A stretch of 35,513 nucleotides of DNA. Source: Pseudomonadota bacterium (GTDB lineage: Bacteria > Pseudomonadota > Alphaproteobacteria > Sphingomonadales > JBCDDR01). Shown in pieces: positions 9,079-18,023 of this stretch. Numbering within the stretch: the first letter of the stretch is position 1; each line of letters opens with the position of its first letter. Under the pieces are notes generated by a model, which did not search any database, had not been told where the DNA came from, and worked only from the letters and a program-made list of their open reading frames with translations. The position numbers and the translations under genes are program-made. The DNA lies in assembly GCA_039180205.1 (NCBI GenBank), contig JBCDDR010000002.1:1-35513 (forward strand). The letters are read 5' to 3'.

Positions 9079-9810
9079 CTAGCCTTCGACTAGTTTCATG
9101 GGCCGCACACCCAGGCCTTGCTTGCCGTCGGGTTCGCCCTCTATCTCTACGATCGCAGTCCACTGACGGGCGCAGGCGGCAATCAACCACTCCTCGGTCG
9201 CCTTGACGCCGTAGCGCGTTTCGGTCGCCTCGACGACCTGGATGCCAAGAACGCGCAATGCCGATTGGCATTCGGACCGGTCGATCTTCGCCTCATCCAG
9301 CGCTCGAATAACTTGTAGCCCAAAAACCTGATTAATTTCAGTCAAGTTGACACCGTCGGCATGGCTTTTGCCAAATCCAACGAAGGTGGCGCCAGGACCG
9401 TTGCTGGTGAAAAAAAACAAGACCACCATTGAAGAGGCATTCCGGCAACCGGAAATCGGGACCACCGCGGACCAAGCCCCCCAGTTCAGCGCCCCCTGAA
9501 TGGTTTGCACGTCTGCCGCGATACTTACATTCTCATGTTTTGATGAGGCTCTGATTGAAGACCCACACCCATATTGCGCGCGATCCTCGCTCGGTATGGA
9601 GGCGAAAGCCGTATTCACCAGGTCCTGGTTATGCGCATTGACGAAGTCCGCATAAGCTGCCGACTGGGCGAATTCCTTTTGATCTTCCGCTTTATAGCGC
9701 TGGAAAAGCTCTGCGTTGGCGGTGCCAGGCGTGCCAAGAACCAACAGAGCCCACATTAGAAAAAGACCAATCCAGTGGCTTGATCGCATGGAAGAGAACC
9801 GTGTCATCAA
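9079..9810 (-). CDS. Secreted (Sec signal peptide) protein of unknown family, embedded between sdhA and sdhB
   Basis: The N-terminus is [33 protein letters not shown]|E, with an n-region, an h-region and an AXA cleavage site. The mature part has 4 Cys. The start overlaps the sdhA stop (ATGA, 9807-9810). I recognise no family. Confidence 0.6.
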   Translation of the reverse strand: MMTRFSSMRSSHWIGLFLMWALLVLGTPGTANAELFQRYKAEDQKEFAQSAAYADFVNAHNQDLVNTAFASIPSEDRAQYGCGSSIRASSKHENVSIAADVQTIQGALNWGAWSAVVPISGCRNASSMVVLFFFTSNGPGATFVGFGKSHADGVNLTEINQVFGLQVIRALDEAKIDRSECQSALRVLGIQVVEATETRYGVKATEEWLIAACARQWTAIVEIEGEPDGKQGLGVRPMKLVEG

Positions 9811-11594
9811 TACACCCGGGCTTTGGGTTTGATATATTCAAGCTCTTCGGTGAGCGTGTAACTATGAACGGGACGATCCCCCAAACGGACACTGCCATCG
9901 GTAAAAAACGACGTGGTATGTTTCATCCACTCATCATCATTCCGGTCGGGGTAATCCTCATGCATATGAGCGCCTCGGCTTTCCTTGCGGTTGGCGGCGG
10001 AGTGCATCGTGCATGCGGCTTGCCCGATCATGTTGTCGAGCTCCATGGTCTCGATCAGATCGGTATTCCAGATCAGCGAGCGATCAGACGTGCGGATATC
10101 CGCCATCGACTGATATACGGCATCGATTTTGCGCTTTCCTTCCTCAAGGATCTCATCAGTACGGAAAACGGCGCAGTTATTTTGCATTGTCCGCTGCATG
10201 TTATCCCGGATTTCGGCAGTTGGTGTGGCACCGGAGGCGTGGCGGAACCGATCCAGACGCTCAAGCGCCATCTCAGATGAGTTGGCGGGCAACGTCTGAT
10301 TTTTCGTCCCTGGTTTGACTGTTTCCGCAACCCGGTGCCCAGCGGCACGGCCAAACACCACCAGGTCGATGAGCGAGTTTGAACCCAAGCGGTTCGCGCC
10401 ATGAACCGACACACATGCCGCTTCACCAACGGCAAACAGTCCTGGTACGACCGCATCAGGATCACCATCAGTCGGACAAATCACCTCACCATGATAGTTG
10501 GTCGGTATGCCGCCCATGTTGTAATGGACCGTCGGCAGCACAGGGATAGGTTCCTTGGTGATGTCAACGCCCGCAAAGATCTTCGCGGTTTCGGTAATGC
10601 CGGGAAGACGTTCCGCCAACACGTCGGCTGCAATGTGATCAAGGTGCAGGTGGATGTGATCGCCCTGCGGCCCAACCCCGCGGCCATCACGGATTTCCGA
10701 TGACATCGAACGCGAAACAACATCGCGGCTCGCCAGGTCTTTCGCCGAAGGAGCATAGCGCTCCATAAAGCGCTCACCCTCGGAGTTGGTAAGATAGCCG
10801 CCTTCGCCGCGCGCACCTTCGGTAATCAAAACCCCGGCGCCGTAAACCCCGGTTGGATGAAATTGCACGAATTCCATATCCTGCATCGCGAGACCCGCAC
10901 GCAGTACCATTCCACCACCATCACCCGTGCATGTATGCGCTGAGGTGGCTGAGAAATAGGCGCGGCCATAGCCACCCGTTGCAAGCACCACGACTTTTGC
11001 CGAGAAGCGATGGATTGTTCCATCTTCCAGGCAAAGCGCCATTACGCCAACACATTCACCATCTTTCATGATGAGGTCGATGGCAAAATATTCGATAAAG
11101 AAGTCTGTCGCATGCTTGAGCGACTGTTGATAGAGCGCGTGCAACATAGCGTGGCCGGTACGATCGGCGGCGGCGCATGTGCGCTGAGCAGCCGGACCTT
11201 CGCCCATATTCTGGGTCATTCCACCAAAGGCACGCTGATAGATCTTGCCCTCTTCGGTGCGGGAAAACGGCACCCCGAAATGTTCGAGTTCATAAACGGC
11301 GGCGGGCGCTTCGCGACAAAGATATTCGATAGCGTCCTGGTCGCCCAGCCAATCTGACCCTTTCACGGTATCATAGGCGTGCCACTGCCACGCATCGGGC
11401 CCCATGGTGCCGAGACTTGCCGCAATGCCCCCTTGCGCCGCGACCGTGTGGCTGCGGGTGGGGAATACTTTGGTGATGCAGGCGGTGCGCAGCCCGGTTT
11501 CAGCTATGCCCATAGTCGCGCGCAGCCCGGAACCCCCGGCCCCCACAACAATGGCGTCATATTCGTGGTCGGTAATCGGATAGGCGGTTGACAT
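9807..11594 (-). CDS. sdhA: Succinate dehydrogenase flavoprotein subunit
   Basis: [15 protein letters not shown] is the FAD fold, SHTVAAQGG is the covalent-FAD His region, and the C-terminal signature is [11 protein letters not shown] chose the ATG at 11594 with AGGAG upstream. The track offers a GTG at 11606. Confidence 0.97.
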   Translation of the reverse strand: MSTAYPITDHEYDAIVVGAGGSGLRATMGIAETGLRTACITKVFPTRSHTVAAQGGIAASLGTMGPDAWQWHAYDTVKGSDWLGDQDAIEYLCREAPAAVYELEHFGVPFSRTEEGKIYQRAFGGMTQNMGEGPAAQRTCAAADRTGHAMLHALYQQSLKHATDFFIEYFAIDLIMKDGECVGVMALCLEDGTIHRFSAKVVVLATGGYGRAYFSATSAHTCTGDGGGMVLRAGLAMQDMEFVQFHPTGVYGAGVLITEGARGEGGYLTNSEGERFMERYAPSAKDLASRDVVSRSMSSEIRDGRGVGPQGDHIHLHLDHIAADVLAERLPGITETAKIFAGVDITKEPIPVLPTVHYNMGGIPTNYHGEVICPTDGDPDAVVPGLFAVGEAACVSVHGANRLGSNSLIDLVVFGRAAGHRVAETVKPGTKNQTLPANSSEMALERLDRFRHASGATPTAEIRDNMQRTMQNNCAVFRTDEILEEGKRKIDAVYQSMADIRTSDRSLIWNTDLIETMELDNMIGQAACTMHSAANRKESRGAHMHEDYPDRNDDEWMKHTTSFFTDGSVRLGDRPVHSYTLTEELEYIKPKARVY

Positions 11595-11646
11595 ATCGGA
11601 TTGCACTCCTGGGAACGGATCAGCGGTATCGGGACCGTGGCGGCGA

Positions 11647-12027
11647 TTATCCGCCGAACAGTACCGTCAATATTGAAATGATAGCTATGGCCCCGGCGAC
11701 AATGGCGGCAAAGGTGGCAAATAGCAGCAGAAACAGCTTGGTAGCGGGTTTGTGGATATAATCTTCAACGACAACCTGAACGCCAAGACGCATATGATAG
11801 AGCCCGGTTGTCACGAGTAATACCAAGAGTGCCGCGACAACAGGCTGGCGGATCCAGGCGACGATCGCATCATGATCCGCGCCGATCAGAGCAACAACAG
11901 AGGCGAGGAACCATATCACCAGCGGCGCCATGGCGATCGCGGTAACGCGTTGTATCCACCAGTGATGCGTTCCCGATTTCGCCGAGCCCAGTCCACGGAC
12001 CCGGCCAATGGGGCTTTCCATGCGCAT
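11647..12027 (-). CDS. sdhD: Succinate dehydrogenase hydrophobic membrane anchor subunit
   Basis: 126 aa with 3 TM. The N-terminus [17 protein letters not shown] is typical of SdhD. It sits between sdhC and sdhA. Confidence 0.9.
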   Translation of the reverse strand: MRMESPIGRVRGLGSAKSGTHHWWIQRVTAIAMAPLVIWFLASVVALIGADHDAIVAWIRQPVVAALLVLLVTTGLYHMRLGVQVVVEDYIHKPATKLFLLLFATFAAIVAGAIAIISILTVLFGG

Positions 12028-12081
12028 AAAATACCTCTCTGATCAAAAACCTTGCGAGATCGACCCTCGCCCGAACGGGGG

Positions 12082-12468
12082 CTAAATCAGCCCGTAGCCG
12101 ATAATCCAAACGAGTAGCGTTAGGCTGGTCGACAGGACAAGTGTCATCGCTGCACTCAGGCGATTGGCCTTTAGCTCATAGCCCGCACCCGTGTCGGTAT
12201 ATAAATGCCGCAGACCCGAGCACATATGCTGCAAAACCGCCCAGGTGAACCCGAACAAAACAAGCCTTCCGATCGGATGGTAGGCGGCAGTCAAAAACTG
12301 TTCGTAAGCGGCCGGACCCTGCGCGACCGCGGCAAGCCACCAGATCAACAAAAGGATCCCGAATGCAAGCGCGGTACCCGTTGCACGATGCAGGATTGAC
12401 ACGAGCATATGAGCGCCCCATCGATACACCTGCAAATGCGGCGACAGCGGCCGATTGACGTCGCTCAT
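12082..12468 (-). CDS. sdhC: Succinate dehydrogenase cytochrome b556 subunit
   Basis: MSDVNRPLSPHLQVYRW... is the typical SdhC N-terminus. 3 TM. ATG at 12468 is preceded by GGAG 8 nt upstream. The track start at 12477 is a GTG. Confidence 0.92.
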   Translation of the reverse strand: MSDVNRPLSPHLQVYRWGAHMLVSILHRATGTALAFGILLLIWWLAAVAQGPAAYEQFLTAAYHPIGRLVLFGFTWAVLQHMCSGLRHLYTDTGAGYELKANRLSAAMTLVLSTSLTLLVWIIGYGLI

Positions 12469-12684
12469 GGCGCACACTCCTTCTTTTTCGATTTCGTTTC
12501 GTTTGTGTATTCGGTGGCGACTGACTACCCCAAATGGACCAGAGCGGTCAGCGGATTGTTTATTCGCATAGATTGGTAGCGTGCGCCGGTCAGAATTTCA
12601 ATTGTTCTAAAAGGGCGATCCAGTGCCAATCGCGTGAGATAGCCAGCTGCCGGTCAAAACAGATCGGTTTCACAGGACCTGAGC

Positions 12685-13053
12685 CTAGCTGACCGCTTTT
12701 TTCACTGCGCCCTCTAAATCAGCGATTGAAAAAGGCTTTTCGAGAACCTCCAGAATAAGTTCGTCGAGGTTGTGGGCACGCTGGCGTTCCGCCGAATAGC
12801 CGGTCATCATGACAACGGGCAGATCCGGATGCGACGCGGCAAGTTTCAGCGCAAGGGAAATACCGTCCATCACCGGCATCACGATATCGGTCAAAACCAA
12901 ATCGAAGTCATTTCCCGATTTCTGCGCGGTGATTTCCGTAAGGGCCGCACCGCCATCGGCAACGGCTGTGACGCTGTGTCCCAGGGTTTCGAGTGCCCTT
13001 TCAACAAAAGCCCGCACCGAGTCATTATCTTCGGCAACTAAAACATGGGCCAT
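12685..13053 (-). CDS. cpdR: Single-domain response regulator (receiver only), CpdR-like
   Basis: 122 aa: VLVAEDNDSVRAFVERAL...DLVLTDIVMPVMDGISLALKL...VVMMTGY...KPF. The LTDIVMP.MDGI.LA block is characteristic of alphaproteobacterial CpdR. The orthology call is by recognition only. Confidence 0.6.
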   Translation of the reverse strand: MAHVLVAEDNDSVRAFVERALETLGHSVTAVADGGAALTEITAQKSGNDFDLVLTDIVMPVMDGISLALKLAASHPDLPVVMMTGYSAERQRAHNLDELILEVLEKPFSIADLEGAVKKAVS

Positions 13054-13138
13054 AATCGTGCCGCTTCCTTTCCTCCGCGCCTGATCTCAACCGATGTTGG
13101 GGCGAAGTTTGGTCGGTGATGATCACCCGATAAAATCG

Positions 13139-14095
13139 TTAAGACCCTGCATTGCTGACAAAGAACAGCTCGATATTCCGGCTCGTCGGCGGCAAATTGT
13201 CGACTTCGGTGTGAAAGGCACCGCTTTTCCCGGGGGCCAGCCTCGAGAAGGGCGCGCGAAACTCCCAACTGAAAACCTCCTCACCATTGGCATCGCTCAG
13301 GACGCCGCGCAATGGTGGAACGATCACCTCTTGCTGCGCGATGTTTTCAATCACGCCCGTCACTGGTTGAACCACCCGACCGTCACGTTCTTCCGATCGA
13401 GGTAAACGCGGCAAAACGATGCGTAGTGCCTGCGAAGGGTCAACCGCCCTCGCCTCGGGTGCAAGACCAATCGCTGCGTAAATTGGCTTTGCGGCGGGAA
13501 GCGCCCGCGCGATTTGTTTGTTGAGAACGAGGAAGTTTACCGAAACCAGCAAAACGACCGAGGCAACAATCACCCACCCCATCAGCGCCTTACGCTGCCG
13601 ATCTTTTATGAGCGCCGGCACATTACTTCGAATTGCGCGCTCCGGAGAGTCCGATCGCCGCCGTCGCCGCTGATGTACATCTCGTGGTTTTTTGAAATCC
13701 GCATTTTCGGTTTCGACACGCGCGGTTTCGCCCTGTGCGGGAACGTCTTCGTCTTCGCGGTCGCCAATTGCTTCGTCAAAACCTGGCTCATCCTCGCTTT
13801 GGTCGTGAGATGCGCCGAAATCGTCGTGTTCAGGGGTGGCGTCGAGACCAGAACCTGTTTGCGGTTGATGCGGCTCGCCATCAGACGGATCGGCACTCGG
13901 AGAAAGCTTGGCGTCAGCCATGCTCGGAGTTTGGTCTGAAGCAGGTTTTAGCCGCGTAATTGTGCCGTCTTCGGTGTCGACATCCTGATACCAGCTGTGA
14001 CGACACTTTGCGCAGCGAACCATGCGCCCGGCGGGCCCTAACTTTTCTGCGGGTACCAAAAACCTTGTACCGCACGCAGGACAGCTAATGATCAT
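13139..14095 (-). CDS. MJ0042-type zinc-ribbon protein with acidic linker, one TM and a DUF3426-like C-terminal domain
   Basis: MIISCPACGTRFLVPAEKLGPAGRMVRCAKCRHSWYQ is the zinc ribbon. It is followed by an acidic low-complexity region, a TM (MGWVIVASVVLLVSVNFLVL) and a C-terminal beta-rich domain. It lies divergent from ftsE, which is common in Alphaproteobacteria. Confidence 0.75.
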   Translation of the reverse strand: MIISCPACGTRFLVPAEKLGPAGRMVRCAKCRHSWYQDVDTEDGTITRLKPASDQTPSMADAKLSPSADPSDGEPHQPQTGSGLDATPEHDDFGASHDQSEDEPGFDEAIGDREDEDVPAQGETARVETENADFKKPRDVHQRRRRRSDSPERAIRSNVPALIKDRQRKALMGWVIVASVVLLVSVNFLVLNKQIARALPAAKPIYAAIGLAPEARAVDPSQALRIVLPRLPRSEERDGRVVQPVTGVIENIAQQEVIVPPLRGVLSDANGEEVFSWEFRAPFSRLAPGKSGAFHTEVDNLPPTSRNIELFFVSNAGS

Positions 14096-14521
14096 CGAAT
14101 TCCCTCGCGGACATACTCACGCAAAGCCTGAAAAGCTTCGCGCAGAACACACATAAACATAGAACAAAATATCAAAAACTTCAAAATCTGGATCGCCAGC
14201 GATAAATTTTCGACTGAGGACTGATCGTTTTACACCTTCACGCTTCCGTTACCGCAGTTCGCTTTGATCTGGCAAGGATTGGTGACGGGTCCGAACCGAA
14301 GGTACCTTAGTCCGGTGGCATTTGCGCCACAAGTTCACCGGCGAGACGTTTTTATTTCGCCTGCTATGATTTTCAGCGATCAGATAACGCAATCGCATCA
14401 TTGCTCGTTCTTTCTGGTGGCGTTATGGATGGGAGGTGATATTGCGGTCAGGGGCTCGAGATATCTTACCGACAAATCTCAGTGGCGTTCTTGCCCTCTC
14501 CAAAATGAACCCGGGTCATGC

Positions 14522-15307
14522 ATGTCCAATTTGGTAAAATTTGAAAATGTGGGGATGCGATATGGTGTCGGGCCCGAGGTACTGCGCGATATCAATCTGA
14601 CGCTTGAACCCGCGAGCTTTCATTTTCTCACCGGCCCGAGTGGTGCCGGGAAAACCTCGCTGTTGAAACTGCTCTATCTGGCTGAACGGCCCTCACGCGG
14701 ATTGATCAATCTGTTCGGCAAAGACATCGTGTCTTTACCGCGCAAGGCGCTGCCAACGCTCCGCCGTCGCATCGGTGTTGTGTTTCAGGATTTCCGTCTT
14801 CTCGATCATCTGACTGCGCTTGAAAACGTGGCGCTTCCTCTTCGTATTGCCGGTGCGAAGGAACATCAGGTGAGCGAGCATGTGAAAGAGCTTTTGAGTT
14901 GGGTCGGGCTTGAAGATCGGATCGATGCCAAGCCGCCGACGCTTTCAGGCGGTGAAAAACAGCGCGTTGCCATCGCGCGCGCGGTGATCGGCAGACCTGA
15001 TCTGTTGCTTGCTGATGAGCCGACGGGTAACGTTGACCCGGAAATGTCTGAGCGCCTGATGCATTTGTTCGTGGAGCTCAATAAGCTTGGGACAACGACG
15101 ATCATCGCGACGCACGATATTGCGCTGCTCGACCGGATCAAGGCGAATGTGATCCGCATCGAAAAAGGACGGCTTATCACCAAACCACCCTCCGCACTCG
15201 CCGGTTCGCAAGGGGTTGAGGTGGTTGGGTCATCGATCGAAATGGATGCACCACCCACGATATCCGGTAGTGGCGCGATTGCTGCCGTGCGGACCGATAA
15301 TGATTAA
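14522..15307 (+). CDS. ftsE: Cell-division ABC transporter ATP-binding protein FtsE, with a C-terminal tail of about 40 aa
   Basis: Walker A is GPSGAGKTS, the signature is LSGGEKQRV, and Walker B is LLLADEP. I chose the ATG at 14522 ([15 protein letters not shown]). The upstream 86 codons of the track ORF do not look like coding sequence. Confidence 0.92.
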   Translation: MSNLVKFENVGMRYGVGPEVLRDINLTLEPASFHFLTGPSGAGKTSLLKLLYLAERPSRGLINLFGKDIVSLPRKALPTLRRRIGVVFQDFRLLDHLTALENVALPLRIAGAKEHQVSEHVKELLSWVGLEDRIDAKPPTLSGGEKQRVAIARAVIGRPDLLLADEPTGNVDPEMSERLMHLFVELNKLGTTTIIATHDIALLDRIKANVIRIEKGRLITKPPSALAGSQGVEVVGSSIEMDAPPTISGSGAIAAVRTDND

Positions 15308-15378
15308 TCACGGTCAGAATCAATGCCGGGTCCGGTGAAGACCCCCTTTGCGTTCACGAACCCGATGAGGCCAGGCTT

Positions 15379-16263
15379 TTGATTGCTTTCTTTCGACGCC
15401 CTTTGAATTTTCTACCCGAAACCCGCGATTCAGGGGGGATTTTACCCTGGGTCATCGCGGTGATGATGTATCTTTGCGCGCTCGGCCTTGTGGCGGCGTT
15501 GAGCTTGAATGCCGGGGTCAAAAGCTGGGGCGCAAATCTCGATCGGCGCATTAGTGTTCAGATCGTCGATGTGGATCGGGATCTTGCCATTGAAAAAGCG
15601 AAGCAGGTCGTGGCTGTGGTCGGTCAACTCCAGCGTGTGCGCGCACGGCTGCTTTCAGACGTCGAGGTGCGGGCATTGCTCGAACCCTGGCTTGGGGTTG
15701 GCAATGTGAGCGAGGATCTTCCGATCCCAGCGATTGTCGATGTGATTTTCGATCCCGGTGCCGAAATCACGCGTGATGACATTGAGCTCGCGGTCATCAA
15801 TGTAGCACCCGATGCGCGGGTCGATGATCATCAACAATGGCTTGCGCAACTCCGCGACTTTGCACATCTGATTGAGGCACTCGCCACGCTGATTCTATTT
15901 TTGGTGGTCATGACGACGGTTGCGATTGTTACCTTTGGCACGCGCGCACGGTTGGCGGCGCACCAGGCAATGATTGATATCTTGCATCTGATTGGGGCAG
16001 AGGACCACATTATTGCCGACGAGTTTGGCTATCGCTTTATGGTGTATGGCGTTCGAGGCGGCGTCATCGGTCTGGTCGCGGCCCTTGTCACGCTCTTTTT
16101 TCTGGGTCGGATTGCAGCGAGCGTCGGCAGCGGTTTGCTGCCTGAGTTTCAGCTTCCGCTCGCTGGCATGATCCTGTTGGGGCTGTTACCGATTGCTGCT
16201 GCTTTGATTACGATGTTAACGGCCCGTTTCACTGTCCTCAGCCAGCTCAAAACCACGATATGA
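15379..16263 (+). CDS. ftsX: Cell-division permease-like protein FtsX
   Basis: 294 aa with one N-terminal TM, a periplasmic domain and 3 C-terminal TM. It lies immediately downstream of ftsE. The start is a TTG and is uncertain. Confidence 0.85.
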   Translation: MIAFFRRPLNFLPETRDSGGILPWVIAVMMYLCALGLVAALSLNAGVKSWGANLDRRISVQIVDVDRDLAIEKAKQVVAVVGQLQRVRARLLSDVEVRALLEPWLGVGNVSEDLPIPAIVDVIFDPGAEITRDDIELAVINVAPDARVDDHQQWLAQLRDFAHLIEALATLILFLVVMTTVAIVTFGTRARLAAHQAMIDILHLIGAEDHIIADEFGYRFMVYGVRGGVIGLVAALVTLFFLGRIAASVGSGLLPEFQLPLAGMILLGLLPIAAALITMLTARFTVLSQLKTTI

Positions 16264-16270
16264 TGCGGGA

Positions 16271-16936
16271 ATGATGCAGACCGCCTTGATGACCCGCACC
16301 CAGCGCGCACGGAAAGACCGTCGACGCCGCCGCCAATTCTGGCTTTGGATCTTTTTGTTTGTTGTGAGCGCGTGGCTCGGCGCAGCGCTTGCTTTTGATC
16401 GTTGGTACACGATCAACGATGCAGCGGGTATCGACCAGGCACAGGCGCTCAACCTGAAAACAAACCCTGGCGATGCAAAGGCCGACGCAATCGTTGTCTT
16501 AACGGGTGGCCCGCATCGGATTGAAACGGCGATCCGCCTTCTGCTTCAGGGCCGCGCCAGGCGGATTTTAATCAGTGGTGTGAACGCGCAAACGACCCCG
16601 GCCGATATTGCCCGGCTCCACAATGTGTCGGCTTCGCTTTTCGAATGTTGTATTCAGATAGAAAAAACGTCGCGAGATACAGCTGGAAACGCTCGCGAGA
16701 GTGCAAGGTGGCTGGAACAAAAGGGGTTTTCGTCACTGATTCTGGTGACGGCTGATTATCATATGCTACGCAGCCTTGCCGAGTTTGAACGCCTGATGCC
16801 TGAAGCAGCGATCACCCCCTATCCGGTACAGGTCAGGCAAGCGCCGGTCCGTCGTCGGCTCATCGAGTTTCATAAAACCGTATTGAGCGTAATCACAAGG
16901 CGGCTCCGCGAGGTGCCTCATGACGCCCGATCATGA
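16271..16936 (+). CDS. DUF218 (YdcF/SanA/ElyC-like) domain protein with an N-terminal TM
   Basis: Motifs are AIVVLTGGPHRIETAIRLL, RILISGVN, TSRDTAGNARESARW and LILVTADYHMLRS. Confidence 0.8.
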   Translation: MMQTALMTRTQRARKDRRRRRQFWLWIFLFVVSAWLGAALAFDRWYTINDAAGIDQAQALNLKTNPGDAKADAIVVLTGGPHRIETAIRLLLQGRARRILISGVNAQTTPADIARLHNVSASLFECCIQIEKTSRDTAGNARESARWLEQKGFSSLILVTADYHMLRSLAEFERLMPEAAITPYPVQVRQAPVRRRLIEFHKTVLSVITRRLREVPHDARS

Positions 16937-17685
16937 CGATACCCGTATCCAGAGATTACCCTGAAAGCCCGATTGGCAGCGTGCTTTTCAAAGTCCTGTT
17001 CTACCTTTGGACGGTGATGATGCTGCTGGTCGCGTTACCCGCGCTCATCTTACCGAAGAGCGTGCTGTTTCGGGCGGCCCGGTTTTGGGCTCGCGGTATT
17101 TTGGTCATCATGCGGGTCACCTTGGGAACGAAGGTCTTCATCAGCGGGCGCGAACACCGGCCTCGCGGAACCGGGCTTCTTGCCGTCAAACATCAGTCAC
17201 CATGGGAGACCATTATCTTCTTCCTTGAATGTGAACGGCCGGTTTTTATTCTCAAGCAAGAGTTGATCAGGCTCCCCCTGTTCGGCATTTATGCGCAGCA
17301 TATGGGTATGATTGCGGTGGATCGTTCAGGTGGTGCGCGCGCGCTGAAAGCCATGCTCGGCAAGGCGAAGGCTGCTTATGCAGCGGGGTCGACCCTGATC
17401 ATTTTCCCCGAAGGTACCCGCGGTGACGTCGGCAAACGATATGCCTATCAGCCCGGGGTCGCGGCACTTGCGAAATACATCGGTGCGCCAGTGGTCCCCG
17501 TCGGATTGACCTCGGGGCTCGTATGGTCGCGGAACGGTCCGATGCGCCGAGGCGGGCGGATCGATATGGCCTATGGTTCGCAGATTCCCCCCGCGGCCAA
17601 TAAGGCGGAAATGCTGCAAGCCATCGAAACCGCTGTTGAAGGGCTCACTGCCAACCTGATCAATCAGCCGGAAGACGGCACCTGA
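16933..17685 (+). CDS. plsC: 1-acyl-sn-glycerol-3-phosphate acyltransferase family (LPLAT/PlsC-like)
   Basis: KHQSPWET is an HX4D/E-type block and IIFPEGTRG is the second block. An N-terminal TM is present. The start overlaps the upstream stop (ATGA). Confidence 0.8.
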   Translation: MTIPVSRDYPESPIGSVLFKVLFYLWTVMMLLVALPALILPKSVLFRAARFWARGILVIMRVTLGTKVFISGREHRPRGTGLLAVKHQSPWETIIFFLECERPVFILKQELIRLPLFGIYAQHMGMIAVDRSGGARALKAMLGKAKAAYAAGSTLIIFPEGTRGDVGKRYAYQPGVAALAKYIGAPVVPVGLTSGLVWSRNGPMRRGGRIDMAYGSQIPPAANKAEMLQAIETAVEGLTANLINQPEDGT

Positions 17686-18023
17686 CCCGCAATCATCAAG
17701 TCGTTTCTCAGGGAAATCGAGGTCCTCTCGGTTTTCAAGAATTTAGCCTGTGGAAGCTGGGGATAAGATGGTAAACTTCTCAAAAGACATGATTTTTCGA
17801 CTTGTCCCTGTAGATAACCTCGTTGAGAACATTATAAGAACATGGTCTTGACGGGGCGGTTTGATGTTGCCACGATAGTGATCGATGACATCATGATTCG
17901 ATTGGCTTGGGGGGAGGCGATGTCCCGACCGAGCGCCTAAACAATGCTTACTCCATGATGGATAGACCGGTTGATCAGGTGATGCGGTTTCTCATGCCCG
18001 AAGACCAGAAGGTGGGAATATAT

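Noticed and set aside
12176-12475. 99-aa alternative-frame ORF within sdhC, and the 79-aa ORF at 11870-12109 overlapping sdhD and the start of sdhC
   Set aside because: They overlap frames with clear SdhC and SdhD sequence. They are Arg/Gly/Cys-rich, frame-shadow artefacts.
14264-14521. N-terminal 86-codon extension of ftsE offered by the ORF track. The same issue applies to the long starts of the kinase-like gene (3046), nudC (22648), the HIT gene (26270), hslV (30239), hslU (30775) and nrdJ (17907).
   Set aside because: The extensions lack family similarity. The internal ATGs coincide with the conserved protein N-termini, and most of them are preceded by an SD-like purine run or are translationally coupled to the upstream gene.
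17820-17890. Possible NrdR boxes (aacattataagaaca, ccacgatagtg) and a cobalamin riboswitch in the nrdJ leader
   Set aside because: Position-by-position comparison with the NrdR palindrome acaCwAtATaTwGtgt gave too many mismatches, and the second site is too short. I found no B12-box-like sequence.
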